A stretch of DNA of 64,000 bases from Owenia fusiformis (lineage: Eukaryota): assembly GCA_903813345.2 (NCBI GenBank), contig CAIIXF020000001.1, positions 32,178,001 through 32,242,000 on the forward strand, given 5' to 3'. Below are positions 1 to 15,900 of the stretch, in pieces. The notes beneath the pieces are model-generated. The model ran no database searches and was not told the origin of the DNA. It saw only the letters and a program-made list of their open reading frames with translations. Position 1 is the first letter of the stretch, and every line of letters begins with the position of its first letter. The translations under genes were made by a program, and so were the position numbers.

Positions 1-442
1 GTTGTTGCATGCTATATCCTTGATTTATGGGGAATTTAAAGACTATAGTATGAATGGAAATAGTTCCATGTATTATAATTTAGCCAGGGATTTGTTTAGA
101 TTTTAAGTTTACAGTGGCAATTTTGCACTGCTACAAAACTTGGATTGTTTTAGAAGAAAAGTGTGATTACTTTTTTTATAATATTTAGTTTACCCCAAAA
201 ATTGTCCTCTGTGTCATTGTTAAACTATTATCCATAAAAACTTGTGATACCATATGATTTATAATGTTAATAATTTAAAATTTTGTAAGATACATATTTT
301 ATTTAATTTAACACTAAAGGAGGGGTAACATGATCTGAATCAAATGAAATTGAATCCAGCCTAATAGTAATGGATAATCTTATGCATTATGTTTGTATGC
401 ATATAAAAAACTATTTGGATGTTTATCTTGTGTTTGTGTTAA

Positions 443-817
443 AGGCCTCATATAAAGTTTAAACCACTTTGACTTATATTAGAAAATTGGTTGATAAATA
501 AGTGAGAAATGATCTCATCCATGCATGAAAATGATTCAGAGAAAAATGTGTTTTAAAATTGTATTCCTCATAGAAATCAATGATACAGTAACATATAAAA
601 CATAATGTAGTTTTCTTTTCAACCTAGTGTGGTAATTATCATTGGTTTTATAAGTGCAGCTTATTTAGAATAGATTGACAGAAAAAATTTCAATAAAATT
701 GAGTATTTGGGAAATAAAAAGCTGACAACTTTTTTGAAAAATCTCGAAAATAACTCAAAATCAGGGAAAATAGTAAACTAATAATAGAAACATATTTTCA
801 AACTTTGCATGGGGCCT
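443..817. mobile_element. Kolobok-like MITE
   Basis: TTAA|AGGCCTCATATAAAGTTT ... AAACTTTGCATGGGGCCT|TTAA. Confidence 0.6.
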
Positions 818-1969
818 TTAAAATATGCTAAATTATATACTGTACTTGTCTTGTAAGTGGCTGGCCATATTATGGGCATCCTAACCTTGTATTGTATAAG
901 TCTATTGGTGGTATAAATCGCAGCCGGAGTTCTTTCAAACAATGAAAATTTAGCTCCCCAAGATTTGATGGTTTTGCCCAAATACACTTTCATTTGCCCC
1001 CAGGTTCTTCATTAAACACAGACTACATAAGCCAGAACCCATCATTTCTATGAACATGACATCAACTGTGTGATGTCCATTCAAAATTCAAAAATTTTGA
1101 GATTGAGTCAACATATTTGTCTTTTGTGAATACCCAGTTCAATTTGAATCATACTGAATTAACAGAACCAAAACCATATGAAACTATGCATAATGAATAT
1201 GTGAATATATTTACTGTATTCAAGATCATAGCAAAATGGCTGATAAAATGGTTTTGTATGACCATTGACGCATTGATATTTTACCATTTTCATACATTTG
1301 GCTATTTAAAATATAAAATTCATGATTTTGGTGTCTATTTTCTTTGATGTCAAATTGACCAGAGTTTCAGTATATTTGTGCATGCCGTAGTCAACTGTTT
1401 GTATTAAATTTTGAACTTGCATGTAATCTGCTATACTATCACTAATATTTATATGCACGACTCTATTTTCTAAAGATAGATATTTATTTTGAAATACAAT
1501 GTAAATAAAATATGTATACATATATTTAGTTCTGTGACTTTACACACAAGAAACATTGCAAAGTATCAAAATTAACATAGGACTGGTGTTAGGTCCCATT
1601 TCTAAACACTCAATTGCATAATTAATTGATTTTTAAATAGTACTTTTTTGGAAGTTTTTGAAAATGCAGTAGTTTTAAGGTAGATTTTGAAAAGATATGG
1701 TAGTTTTGGGGTAGATTTTGAAAAACTAGTTTTGCGTTTTGCGGTAGATTTAAAGAGCTGATTTTGCATAGGTTTTGACAATTTTCAATGAATAAATAAT
1801 AAAGTATGTTTTTCTAATACAGCATTCATGGAACTCTTTAATAAACAGACTAACAATTTGAACACTTCAGTGTTTTTATTACTACAATAGAACCTGTGGT
1901 ACATGAACACTGTGTTGACTGATTAGTACACACCAGCTTACTTTGCTAAGTACGCAATAACCAATGTCA

Positions 1970-4404
1970 CAGACCTGCCGACACCTATTTATTTTCGGGT
2001 TGGTAATGGAATATTAAAAGGACAATACAGGAAGACTTAAATTTTTCAGAATTTCCTAATAATAACGGTATATTTTACGGCAGAAATACGGTTTTTTATT
2101 TTACGGCCGTTCTTATATAATGCTCTGGATAACTGCAAAATTTGATCAATCTGAGTAGCTCTGGAAAGCTCGTTACTGTTTAAGTTGACAGATTATTTAG
2201 ATAAGATGTAGGCTAAGTTATGGGTTTGTCTTTTTGGTTTCTGTCTGGAGTGAACTCACTGTGCTCCTTTCATAGATAGATTGCAGTCGGATTCAATGTC
2301 TTTTTAAAGGCAAATATAGAGTGTTCTTTGAAGTATTCCAGATTTAAACTTATAAGATTTTACTATAACATGTACTATAATACCCAGATACAGATAAAAT
2401 ATTTGGTCCAGTTTGAAGTCCCAAGTTACATTTACTACAATGGAATATGAAGTACCGAATTTCAACATTGAAATCACTTATATATTTTGATTGCCCGGAC
2501 AATTCGTAAAATCAAATAAACGTGAGATTTGGTGTAAAACTTTTCCCAAATCAAATGTAAATGCTATGCTGGAATGGTGGGTAAATGTATTAAGATAGTT
2601 TATGAACAGTTTGTGAACAATTTCTGCATCCTAATTTTTCACTTAATAATTTCCATATTTGGTCAAACTATGGTACCTTTATTACCTGTACTGTATGGTA
2701 ACTTTATTGTATCAAGTTACAAGAGGAAACTCCTTCTACAGAGTAATTTGAATGCAGAGAAGGGAGGGGAAGTGTTTTTGCATGAATTTAGAAATAGACC
2801 CCCCCACAGTCACCAAATTCTAGCTATGACAGTGTATTACGAGTCACTTAAAGGCAAATGAATATCAGCCAGTCAAGTTCATCTATCTTGACACAATGTA
2901 TAATATTGTGGAGATAGCATCCTTGGTCCAAGGGTATTTCACTTCTTTCCATAATTGAATTGAGTAATAAAAAATGAAGTCCTTTGAATGAAGGATGTGC
3001 AGATAGAATATACGAGTGTATAATATTTTATTGCCCAAGTGTAGGGCCAATGTAAAACCCTGCATTGAATTACAAGTGTTAAACATTCAAAGGATTGGTA
3101 TCGATATGGAGAACTGAATTCAACAGTGTTTTTCTCTTAAACCAGTCATTGAAAACATTCTGTAAAAAACATGGTATTTTATGTAATGTTGACTGATTGA
3201 CAACAATTTAATGCTAAAATTATTTAGAAATATTTTATATAACTGTTTTTGTTAACATTTTCTTTTTTTAGTGCAATTGTTTTTGCTCCTTTCTACCAAT
3301 TCTTGACAATGAAATAAAATGTCTTTCCGAACCTTGTTGGAACAAAATAGCAAATATAACATGTTTTTAGACCTCTAAATATTATAGTTATACATTGTAC
3401 AAAGGAATTTTTGGTTGATTTTAGAAAAGTATTCAAAAAATTAAAACAAGATCCCCCCAAAATAGGTAAAAATCAAGAAAAAACTTTTATTTCATTAACA
3501 AGATACTTTTTTAAAATCAACCAAACTTTCCTTTGTACAATTACAATATTGAGAGGCCTAAACGCATTGTGTTTATGTCGTTTTGTTCCGATGAGGTTCG
3601 GAAAGATGTTTCATTTCACTCTGGAAACATGATACCAAGAACAAAACAAGTGTTTGATGTGTTTTCTAAAACAATATAGATGAAAGTATATATATATATT
3701 TCAGATTATATTGTTACCATTCAAAAGATGACCATTAAGTTGATGATGTATTAGATTTTTAGATTTTTATTAGGACTGGTTTAAGAGAAACATGTGTTCA
3801 AAAAGTTCTCCATATCGATACCACTCCTTTAATCTAACTGATGACTAAACTCAAATGAACAGAGATATAGGATTTCAATCTCAACAAAATGAAACAATAA
3901 GCTAATCTGTTCTGTCATTGCAGTAATATTAATGTCAGGCTAGATTTTAGAGATTTTAATGTGTTTCAGTCATTCACCATCCTCCGATCACAGGGCTTCA
4001 AAATCCAGAATATCTTCTTTCTTTTTACACCCTGCAATAAGCAGTTAGCATTTCCCCGATTGAGAACTCGCAATTTGATTCATGTGTACATCATCGGTGC
4101 ATAATTAGATAACGTGACTCAGTTAAATCGGGCACTTCCAAATTGGTTATAGCAGGGGGGAAGAAGGAGGTACGGATTCTGGACACCTACCTAGGAGGAT
4201 GGTCATTCACTGGAAGACTGTACAGAAAAATCGAATTATAATGAAATATTTTACGGTAGATTTTGGTAAAATGATGGTAGATTTTTTACGGTCGTTTTTA
4301 CGAGAAAAAATGGTAAATTTTTTATGGTAGTTTGTCACTTTTTAATGGAAAAACGAAGATTTTACAGTAGATTCCCGTAAAAATGTGGTAAGTTGGCAGG
4401 TATG
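1970..4404. mobile_element. Degenerate hAT-like non-autonomous element enclosing 3091-3828
   Basis: CAGACCTGCCGAC ... GTTGGCAGGTATG ends with subterminal TTTTACGG repeats. No TSD recovered. Confidence 0.4.
3091..3828. mobile_element. Kolobok-like non-autonomous element
   Basis: TIR AGGATTGGTATCGATATGGAGAACT / AGTTCTCCATATCGATACCACTCCT, flanks TCAA/TTAA, and an inner inverted match at ~3310-3350 versus ~3578-3620. Confidence 0.65.
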
Positions 4405-6943
4405 GTTGTTGCAACAAACTTAAGGTTCATAGTACCCACTCCAGTAGTTCTGTTTGGTAATATGTTTTTCAGTTGCACCTTGAGTTACCAGAAGCACTTA
4501 AGTTGTAAAGTGATTCTCATATACTGTCAAATGAGAAGGGTACAAAGGTGCACTGGATGGAGAGTCTATTGAATATAAATCTACAGACCGAAGGAATATG
4601 AAAAATCAATTTAAATTCAGTTTACAAAATGAAATGGATTTCTCAACTCCAATATGAAGGGTGATCATTGCTAGTATATCAATGATATCACTTTTTTGCA
4701 ACCCCCTTCCATTTAAGGTCCCCGAGTCATAAATTCAACAAGACAATGTACTTAACAAATTTTCTAGTAAAATAGATACAGCTCCAGTATAGCTTTCAAA
4801 TCAAAGTATTTATTTCATTGTACTATCATCTGTTGGTTTTAATAACAATGTACAGTTAGTTAAGTATATTTTAACATTTCTACTTTTCTTGAAAGAAAAC
4901 AGAACTCAGTCTATGATTCTGTGATTAGGCCTATCTGATAAAAATGATAGTTTCAATTGTAATTGAAATACTGTAACACAAAATTGTGTCAAGGTCAATA
5001 ACATCATTGTCTCCCTGAAAATAATAACCATGTCTAAATCTTGTAAAAAGGCATTTACAAAAAGCAAAATAACCTATATCTTAAACAGAAAAATAACAGA
5101 AATGTACATGAACTGTATAAATATCATGTAAAGAAGATTGTTTGCATTTTACTTTGGTATATACATCATTTTATAAATACAATTGTTATGATCGTAATAT
5201 ACATATTTATATATGAATATCTGGACGGAAATAATTATTTGAAGAGAGTAAAGTGACTGTATATCATATGTGGAATGTGATTACATGTAAAACATTGTTA
5301 TATCACAATGTGTAATATCAGTGCGAGTTTCAGCAGTAGTTCCACTTGGTATGTGTATTATAGAAAGCTAGCACAATAAAGGAATTACAGAATGCTCACT
5401 GGTGTCTAATTTGATACAGTTCAAAAAGGGAGAAATTATCAGAGATTTGACAAGGGTCAGGTTCTCCAAGTTATTTTAATTCTAGAATATCACAACTGCT
5501 TTCAGTTTCATGATATAACAATGGCAATTCAAAAGCAGAGTATTTTTGTGAAATGGTCAATTACGCTAATCTATATATAGCATATACAATATCGTGATTG
5601 TCTGATATAGGTAAGGCAGATCTAAGAGGTAAAATAAGAGATGGAGAGCATGGGTGAAGTAGAACACCTCTTAATAGGCTCAAGTTGACTTTACACATTA
5701 TACATGACCCGGAGTGCTCAAAAATGTAAATCTCTAGCAAATAGTTTTTTTCTTGTTATAATAGGGTATAATCAGTAATAAACATTTGGAAAATGAATAG
5801 AAAACATATTGTTGACTTTTTTTTCGCAAGTCTCTTGAACCTGAATGTTAACATGAATCATTATTTAACCTGTGTTAACAACTTCTCTTGTCACACACAC
5901 TCTCAGTCTGTGTGAGAAGCTATGTAGTGTTAGCTAACATTCATATTCTACATATGCTAAGAAACAAAGTGATGTTTCTTTTTCACAAAAAGGAATGACC
6001 TGGTGACTACCACACCACTATTATGACCACTCTAGAAATTTGTGTATATGTTATACAGAGTGCACTTGGCAAAATAGAAAGAATATACCAATGACATAAA
6101 TAAAATAATAAGGTTTTATGACTGTTCAATAAGATATAAAACATTCCCTTGTAAAACACATCTATTTAATGAAAATGAAATGATTTTAACAAATGTTAAA
6201 ATTCAACATATGTATGCACTTATGTTTAGTGTATATGATATAAAATATTTATAGCTTAAAAAAATATAGTCATTGAACAGTACATGAACACGAGGCATTA
6301 ACATGCAAAATGTCACCACCTGCCATTTGTTGCCAACCACCAAATGCCAAACTCCAAACACCATCCAAAATATGTCATCACTTGTGGTGGTGACATAAAG
6401 TGATATGCCTAACATTTAACACTACATACACATCACATCTTATTGCACCTTTTAACAAATTATTTTTCCATGACGCCCTCATGTCAAGTAAGCCTACTTC
6501 CTGTGATGGGCTTTGTATCTATCCAGCTCATGTGTTCTGGTTCTAATAATATGGCTCCTAAAATCTATTTTTGTGACACTGGACTTGATTGTACATTTGC
6601 ATATCAGGTAGTTTTTATAAATATCAAAATATTTGCATAGAATATAATGACCAGAGATTCTAACTTATGCCACCTTTGGGGAAAATGACACTGATTTATA
6701 TTCATGTACTTCGTTTACATTCCTGATATCAAAGATGAGGGGGAAGTTAATGTTTGTATTGTTTTTCTACACCACTAACAGGCTGCTTATGACACTCTTT
6801 TGTATATTGAATATATCATCTCTGAGGGGCAAGTTGTAAACTGATTATGTGGTTGTGGCTACATTTCATGTGACTGGGATGGAAGCAATGGTGATTGTCG
6901 ATCTTCAATGTACTTCATTTTTATAATTTTTTAAATGTTTTCC

Positions 6944-9900
6944 TTATTTCTCCACTGTTGCATATGGTACAATCATGTTATAGTCTCTCTGGAAAGAAAC
7001 AAAACAACACACTGTAGAATTGTAGAAATTACTGCAAGACAGCCTATTAGATTCAGGGGACTAACATTTTATTTTATTTCTTATTTTCAGAAAGATATCC
7101 TAGACACTAATTGGTCTTATTGTATTGTGTTAAATGACTGGTTTTACTGAGAAAACAGCAATTAGCTAATCTTTCAAACGTTGTACCTTAGCTTGCCGTT
7201 GCCGTGACACCTCTAGTTCAAAGTTGTTGTCATGCTTGCTGTTCAATGTACTGCGTATATAGTTGCCATGTGGACCATTTATATGACCATCATCATACAT
7301 CTTCCTATATGACTCTGCCTGTAAAAATGGGTTTGAATAATGTCATGCAGTACAACATATGTAATAACTACAGGATATTTTATGGCATCAAGAAAATATT
7401 TGAGAACATTTTAGTACAACTACAAAGAATGGAGTGTTTAATGATAACCCACTTTCATAGGAAATAGGTAGAGTCACAATTAAATTCCAAATCCAAACAC
7501 GTACTTAATGTACTATGATGTACTTAATGTACTATGATGTACTTAATGTACTATGATGTACTTAATGTACTATGATATGGTTAATGCAACAGTATTCTCA
7601 CATGTTACATGTCTTCTACAATCTTATATCAATGTGAATTACTGTTACTGTAATATTGTGCACAAAATTCAAAAGATAAGGTAAGAAAATTGTGTCAGTT
7701 TACACTATAAATTATTTGAAGAGGCTATGAATACTAAAACTGACTGATTGTTTCTTCCTATTCTATAAGTATTAATCAAAACCATCATTGGCAAAGTTGT
7801 CAAATTGTGGAGTTCAGAGTTACAAAATAAGGTCACACACAATGCTTAGTTTTAAAGCATCTGAATATGGTTCAGTATAGATATATTAAGCTGAAATTAA
7901 ATGAGGAACTAAATATGAAAAGTCATCATATATTTTGTTATGGTCACATAGGGTGAGTAGCATACAGTATGTCACACAGAATTCCAAATCTGCAAGTCAA
8001 TATATTCATAGTTCATAGATGGAATCATTAGTACAATCAACACTATGTTATAAATGAGCTAAATTGTAAGGGATCACATCAAAACATCAATACATAACAA
8101 GCTACAAAGTAAAAAAACTGACTTAACCCCATACCTTTCCCTAAAATGAAATTCAACAGTGACTTCCAAAATAGCTTAATTAATCTGAAGGCAGGAATCA
8201 ATGTAAGAAATGAAAATAACAGTTTTCCCTAAATACCCAACTTCCGAACCCACTTCTACCAGTCCCAAATGAAATAAGTAGCAAGGTTGGGTGTACATGG
8301 ATGCTTTGATGCAATCTCTGAATATAAAATGTGATGAACAAAGAGTAGTGATGAAACAGGAGTACAAATATGAATACACACACACACAGGTCACAGTTTA
8401 GACAAACCTGTTGCCAAGGTTCATATCGTGAGAAATCTTTATTAGTTTCCCAATGTGGAGCCTCGTCCTGGAAGCAGCGAACATGTGAAGCTAATTTTGT
8501 TGTACTACATTCAATATGAACTTTTACAGGTTTGGAAATATTTTTCGACTCGTCGCTTTTTCTTCCTGGCTACGCCATTGCATAACTATCTTACATATAA
8601 AGCAAAATCTACAAAGCCTTATTTTTGCATGCATATGTACTAATGTAGGCTATCTATACATGGCAGGGCTGGCATGGAATGTATTTTTTGTCTGAACTGT
8701 CCGATTTTACCTTTGGAAACAGACTTTTAGGACTGCCTTATCATATTCCAATATTTTTGGAATAAATTGTTTTCTGTAAAGAACAGTTGCTAGCGAACTG
8801 GAATAAAAGTAAATCTATAAAAATATACTATATACAAAACTTGTTTTATATGTGATAAAGGTCATCAAAAAAAACTCAAAATTCTAAAGGGAAATTCAGA
8901 AATTTGTTCCGATTCATTCCATTCCATGCCAGCCCTAATACATGCACATGCAGAAGTTATATGGTAACAAACTTCAATATAATACTCAAATACTGGCTTG
9001 AGGGAACACATTGATGATGGTTTAGAAATGATTGGTGGTGATATTTCAGTATTTTTTAAGAATCAGTTAACTTAAAGGTAGATTCATTGGATAAGAAACC
9101 AAAGAGTACATGTAGAAAAGTTGCAGTTGCAGAGTGCAGACCATAATCTTGGTCCTGAGGGGCACCATTTTGCTCTTGACAAGAAAATTTTGTCAAATAA
9201 AGCTGAATCCAGAATTTGTAGTCTAATCATATATTCTTTTCCATTTAAAATATTCTTTAATTAAAAACGACATTTTGTGCTTCAAAGTTCAGGGCTAATC
9301 TGTGCAAAAGAGTTTAGTATATTAGGAATGGGTTAATTCTTAATAATTTGAAGTGATATTGAAATAAATTAAGTTTGTGTTGCATGCATTCAGTGATGAC
9401 AGATGATGGTCAATAACCAACCTTGGCCTCCTCAGTATTATTTCCTGCACTCTAAATGAATAATAATTAAATGCTACAAAATATTTATATTTCATCTAGA
9501 ATTTCAAGTTCATAAAATGTCATATGATCACATAATTTTATAGCACAAAAATCAAAATGTGATTTTTGTCTAATAATGGGTTCATGTTAAACTTGGTACA
9601 ATATTTCAACAGATCAATTTTTATGTTGCCAGCTTCTTGATCAAATACAGGTAATTACTGTTATAGTTATACTCCCCAAAACATTATAGCCCAGTGAACA
9701 TTTTGCGTAGAATGTAATTAATCAGAAAGATCAGAATGACATTTTATACACTGGTGAATAAGACTCCATAAAAAGCAAACTACATAACAATTAATATATT
9801 CCACATTGCTCCACCAAAATATAAAGGACATTTAAAAGCTATTTATCAAGTATTTAATATTACCTCTCGTCTTGGGTTGAAAAGAGCATCTTCTAAGTTG

Positions 9901-12900
9901 ACTTTTTTGTTCTCAGCTGTGGGTGCCCCACCACCTGCTCTCCCCCAGTAATCTGAGAATGCTTCCTGGTGCTGCAATAATATAAAGGAACATTTAGTAT
10001 TATTATAACAGGCTTGATCTGCAATAATGTAACACAGATAATCATATGCAGCTCAATGTATAACCAAATTTTTACCTCATAAAATAGTCAAAACCTGTCA
10101 ATTTGTCAACTTAATTTATCCTGAAGGTTCAACAGAATAATTACAATCAAGGCCATGGAGGAGACTTTATTCTGTTGCATTTAGGCACAAATATTCCGAA
10201 TATTCCAGAGAATTTTGTACATTTTACAAGTGTTATATTGTGTTAATTGTACCTTTTGTGAATCTGCTTTATCCTTTATCTTCTCTACCACCCTCTGTCT
10301 ATATCTGTCCTCAGCTGCCTGTTGTAGCTCATTATGATAAGTAGGTGTGTCTTCAGTCTTCTGAGGCCTGTAGTTGGCAGCCATCCTGGTGATATCTGAG
10401 TGAGGCAAGTGCTGGTCCAGGAGGAATCCAGTGTTAGGATCTCTTAGGGGATTACCAACCTTTTTGTCCTTCATCACTGAAGTTATATCTCCAATCTACA
10501 GAGGTTAGTGGTATGATATTTAGTTCCTTATTAGGTTTGAATATATTAGTCACATTGGGCTACTAAACTATCTACAAGTGTCTATATATTCCTTGATCTC
10601 GATGCCCTGTGTTCAGTGTAGATCAGACCAACTCAAAGGTTATGAGGAGATCTCAAACAAGAAGTATGATAAAGTGGGACAAAGTGGGATAAAGTAAGAC
10701 ATAATGTATTGTTCAAATTACTGGAAATAACTCACAATGACTTGTTTCCTTCTACTTACTGGGGCTTGATCGTAATTCTTCCAATCCTGTTTATGTTGCT
10801 TCTGCTCAGCCATCTCCTTCTGTAATTCAGTAAGGTATATGCTGGCTGCCAGCTGCTTCTTCTTGCCATCAGCCGACCCTGCCTCACCTGTGATCTTCTT
10901 GAGATTCCCATAAACGTTTGGTTGCACATGTCCCTCTGTGTCCTTTAATGGAGCTCCTGCACCTGATTTGCCAAAGGGGTCATAAGGAGTAAATGTTTCA
11001 TCAGCATATTTGTGATGTTTTCGTAGTCGTGGTGACGCCTGATCACTAATTTCTACCTCTGAAATTGTTAATTGATAATATCATGCAGGGAGGAATAAAA
11101 TAAGTAAAATATTAAAAAACCTCATCAGGATAAGCGGTGGAACATTCTTTTAATTAAGATAGGCTTAATGGGAAAAAATGTTGGGTCTGTCATTATGAAA
11201 ACCAGTATAGCAAGCCAGATTATTTATTCAAACTTTTTAAATGGTAAAACATACTTCCATATTCATCTCTCATTAGTGATGACTTGAACTTTGTGTTGAC
11301 AGTTCCGCTGTCTGTCTTCACAGGGGCCCCCGATCCACCATGGCCCCCCTGTCTGTGTAGAGCTAGAGACACATCCTGCAGGCAGAAGATTTTCAGTTAA
11401 ATATAAATGTTTTATTTGCACAGGTTGTAGTGTGTAAAACCCAGATATTCAAAAGTAGTACCTTTTCTAAAATTGAACAAAGATATATTTCTAATTGTCA
11501 TTATTTTCATTTAGTACATGTTGTAATATATAGTCTGTACATTGTATATAAATCATATTTTGTACAGGGTGATCATTAAATAAGATCAAAAGTAATCTAA
11601 TTTTTGTAAACATTAATGAATCTGGCTCATTTTCTCACAAAATTTTGATCTAATAATTATAAATACACAAAATAAATATCACCCCATTACATTTAATATT
11701 CTGCGTTCTATGGTAACCATGGAAACCCAAGTTGAGGGTACCCGGAACAGTAAAAAAAAGAAAGAAAATATTGTGATTTTTTCTTTCTTAATTGTTTTAT
11801 ACTTTGGTTAACCACCATATTCTGTTACATTCTTATTTTCTCATATGTTCATTTTAGGTGTTTTATATATTTTTCATTATAAAAACGAATTCAAGTTTAC
11901 ATCCAATTTACACTTGTACACTTAGTTTTCATCAGACCTTGGTGTATACTTCGATGTTAACTTTACCTCAAGTAAATAGGTATTTACTAGCAGAAAGTAA
12001 ACACTGATTTACTAGGTGTAAACTTGACTTAGAATTTGTTAAAAGTGAAACTGAGTGTAAATTAGACTCAGAAAAATCAAATATTGGTCAAGGTGTAAAA
12101 TAAGTGTAAACTTGACTGAATCCTAATTCCAAAACGAGGCTTGTGCAATCAAAGCTGGCTTGGCCATTTTGGTTTTGGTAAGTCTTCACAAAATCCCATA
12201 ACATCGGCCCTGATACAGTTTTACTTTACTTGATTTTGGTGTTAATTTTACTATTAGGTATTAGTTATGTATTTGTTCCAGTTTCATAGTCATTGTTCAA
12301 TTCAATTCAATTCAATTCACTTTATTTCAAATGTTTCAAATACAGTGTTTTACGTTGACATGAAAAGACACCCCGAGGGGTGTATAAGTTCCATGTTTAA
12401 CATACAATATAGCATTTATTAAATTAACAGTCAGGTTATATGGAAACAAAAAAAAAAAATGACAAAGCATAACATGCATCACAATAAAATACAAGTAATA
12501 AGAAGAAAGCATTTTCAAAGAAGATCTAATAATGACTTAGCAAATCAAACTTTAACTTTCATTCAAATGATTTGATATGTTTAGAATTTTCATTTAGTTA
12601 TCGATTTTCTTCAGCTTCAAATTTTTCTTCATTCCATTGAATCTTTCTACCTTTTGTACTTGCCTGCTTGTTTTGATCTTTCCACTACACGTCATATAAT
12701 TTGACTACCATCTCAATATTTTCACCTGGAATTCATTCTAATCTACATCGTGATGGCATTATATCCCAAATTGTAATTCAATATGGTTCAGTTTTTTTCG
12801 TATAGGTTTTTAGACATACATTTATTAACTTCTTGAAGACTGGCAACTTTTTGGAAAAATGAAGAAAAAGAAAGAAAAAGTTATTTGTAAAAGAATCTAG

Positions 12901-15900
12901 AAGTAAGAGAAGGAAGCAAGACCCAATAAATTATAAAGACCCATATTTTATGGGTTTTTTTTGAAAAATTTGAATATGCAAATGAGTGTCATTGTGACAT
13001 CATAATTCAAGATGGCGGATTTGGACTTTTTACAAAACAGAATTATTTTAGCATTTGATTTTTTGTTTAAAACTTCAATTTAAAAACCTGAGTAGAATTA
13101 CTCTACAAGTAAAAAGTATAGATCTTTTAATGCTGATCATTCTGTGATATTTGTACTATAGCATAACTCCTACAAATATGTTTTTAAGCGCTAAGACAGA
13201 TAATTCCAGGAAAATCCCTGTGGCGATTTAACATGGGATTTTTTGTTTTCGCATTTTTTTGCGATTCGTTACGCTTTGGACCCCCTTTAACTTCATTAGT
13301 ACTTAACGAAAAGTTACCTTTTTTAGAATGTTTTGATATGGGATATTCAACACATTTTAAGTGACATTTAATCCAGTTCAAGAACACATGTGTGAAGCCA
13401 CCTTTACTCGTCACACACACTCTGTCAAGTACCACCTTTTTCAGATCTTCTTCGGTTTTGAGAAATTCTCCCCAGAATTCAGATTTTAAGTCCCCATAGA
13501 AATAAAAGTCTCAGGGAGCCATGTCTGATGAGTTAGGGCCCATTCCCAATCCAGTTTGGTTTAGTTGTTTGATCACCATGCTGTCCAATTGCTTCTGTGT
13601 TAAATTTGCTATGGCAAGGTGCATTATCTTAATGCAGGATGAAGTGATCTACCAACTCTGGTCTTTTCTTGCGAGTGGCATAAAGACATGTGTAAATGGA
13701 CTGGATTAAACATCACCAAAATGTGTTGAATATAATAGCAAACACAAGACAAAATCGTATGGAATAACTAGCGATAAGCTAGTTATTAAGCTTGTTATTA
13801 TGGTCTTACTAGTGGTTATTATTGAGTAATGGTACAGGTATTCGATATGGTATTGCAGCTTACACTTAAGTAATGGTACACGTATCCTTGGATTTTAGGC
13901 CCGAATACCGAGGTTTATTTTTTTAATTATCGTGTATTATTATTTTGTGTTAGTATAAGTTAACCATATAACTATTGGCATGATATGATAACCTTGTTAT
14001 ATTAATATAGCGCATAGGCGTAGCCAGGGGGATGCGATGTGTGCGATCGCACCCCCCTCCATAACCAATGAAAATAGAACCATTAGATAGAAGAAAAAAG
14101 TCTTAAAATGCTTTTTATTTGAAGCTTCTAGCTCGATTTTGAACGAAGTTGCACCAATTTTTGTAAAATTCAAAACAAATCATCAAAAACATTTTTTATG
14201 CCACGATCGCACCCCCCCCACCCCTCCCCCCGACTGAAAGCTGGCTACGCCACTGTAACGTGTAATCAATACGCTACATTTTGTATGTTCAATTTGTATA
14301 CTAAAAACTGTTATTAATCCACAAATTTAGATGAAGACAAGATAAAAATTCGAATCAAGAATGAAAAGGTGTCTAAGTATATGATTCTTAAGGGTAATGC
14401 ATATTTGAATTAAACAGAGGCGGGTTAATTTATATTGTGCTATGAATTACGCTATTATTCAAAATTGCAGCTAAGATGCCTGTTTTACGATACCCTGCGT
14501 GCAGAGTCTAGTTAAACTACACTAAGACGAAGCTCTCTTTTAAGAAGTGAAGTCAAACGAATGCAAAGGGTAGTTTTATGAAAAATATCACGGAAGATGT
14601 ATTCTAGATATCAGTAGTATTCTCAGAAATTTATTATCCGAAACGGATAACATCTGGCCACTCAGACAAACAATCGCAGACATAGGCTAAGCTTGTTTAT
14701 TTAACAGTTAGATTTGTTGACTTACCGATCCGTATTTCAATCTCCGGGAAGACGTTCTTTTCACATTGTATTTGCGTGCAGTGTAAAATAAGTTGATACT
14801 TTTGTTCAAAAATGTACTTTTAATGGCCATTTTATGCCTTTTATTTTCAAATTATGTTTTGTTTGGATGTCAGTGTGAAAAGTCAAGAAACGTCAACCCC
14901 GACTTTTAATTGTTTTAAAATGTTGGTTAATCACTTATGGCAAATCACAAGGTTGATGATGTCAACGGACCATGATCGTGGAAGGCTATCAATATCAGGT
15001 GTATATCGCATAGAAAATAAATATAGCTAATTTTTCACACTGATATGATGATGACTATTCTGGCGAATCGGGTAGATATTTCTCAGTTTTTTCCGGTAAT
15101 AAAACTATTCATTTCTATCAATTTTACAAACGGGGTCCTTTGAATGCACATTAAAACTATTAAAGTATTTATTGGGCGTACATACTCGTTCTGTCATGTT
15201 ACTTACATTTCATTTGCAAGTTGTCCACATACTAATCCGGCGTTTTGTTTAATCAAATTTCCCGCCCCTTGAGGTTTCCGACTGTAAAACTTAATATTTA
15301 ATACAAACCAATGCATCAGTTAATATTTTCAGAATACAAATTTTCCATTTTTATTTCTCTGATAGATAAAGTCTCATTTCTCTGTTCGTGTATTAAAGAG
15401 TATGCTTTTATAATGCCGTGGTCACATTTGCTCAGATTTTCAGCACCGGCGCCCGGCCGATGAGTATTTTGTTCAAAATTGTATTCAATTCTGAACAAAA
15501 TACTCAATCGGCCGGGCGCCGTGGAGCAAATGTTACCAAGTCATAACTGATGAAAAATCAAATGAGAACATGATCATGGATAATAGGGGAACTATTATGC
15601 TGCGTGCAGACTCTAATTATAAACTACGAGAAGACGAAACTCTCATTAGAGAAGTGAAGTCGAACGAATGCAAAAGGTAGGGTACTATAGAAGGGGATCA
15701 TATAAAAGCACGATCTATTTCACAACGCCTTTAACTTTTGTTCTTCAACTGTTGCCCTTTGTGCATTTCAAACATAAAATATCTTAATCTGATTTGTTCC
15801 ACCTTTCTTTTCGCTCAGTTCTGCACTATTATTTCCATATGTTGTTTAGGATTATGTCATTTGCGAAATAGCTGTAAGACATTATGAGAATGAATATGGG

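Noticed and set aside
778..6640. Short ORFs in the first 7 kb
   Set aside because: They are low-complexity AT-rich translations with no motifs and no consistent exon chain.
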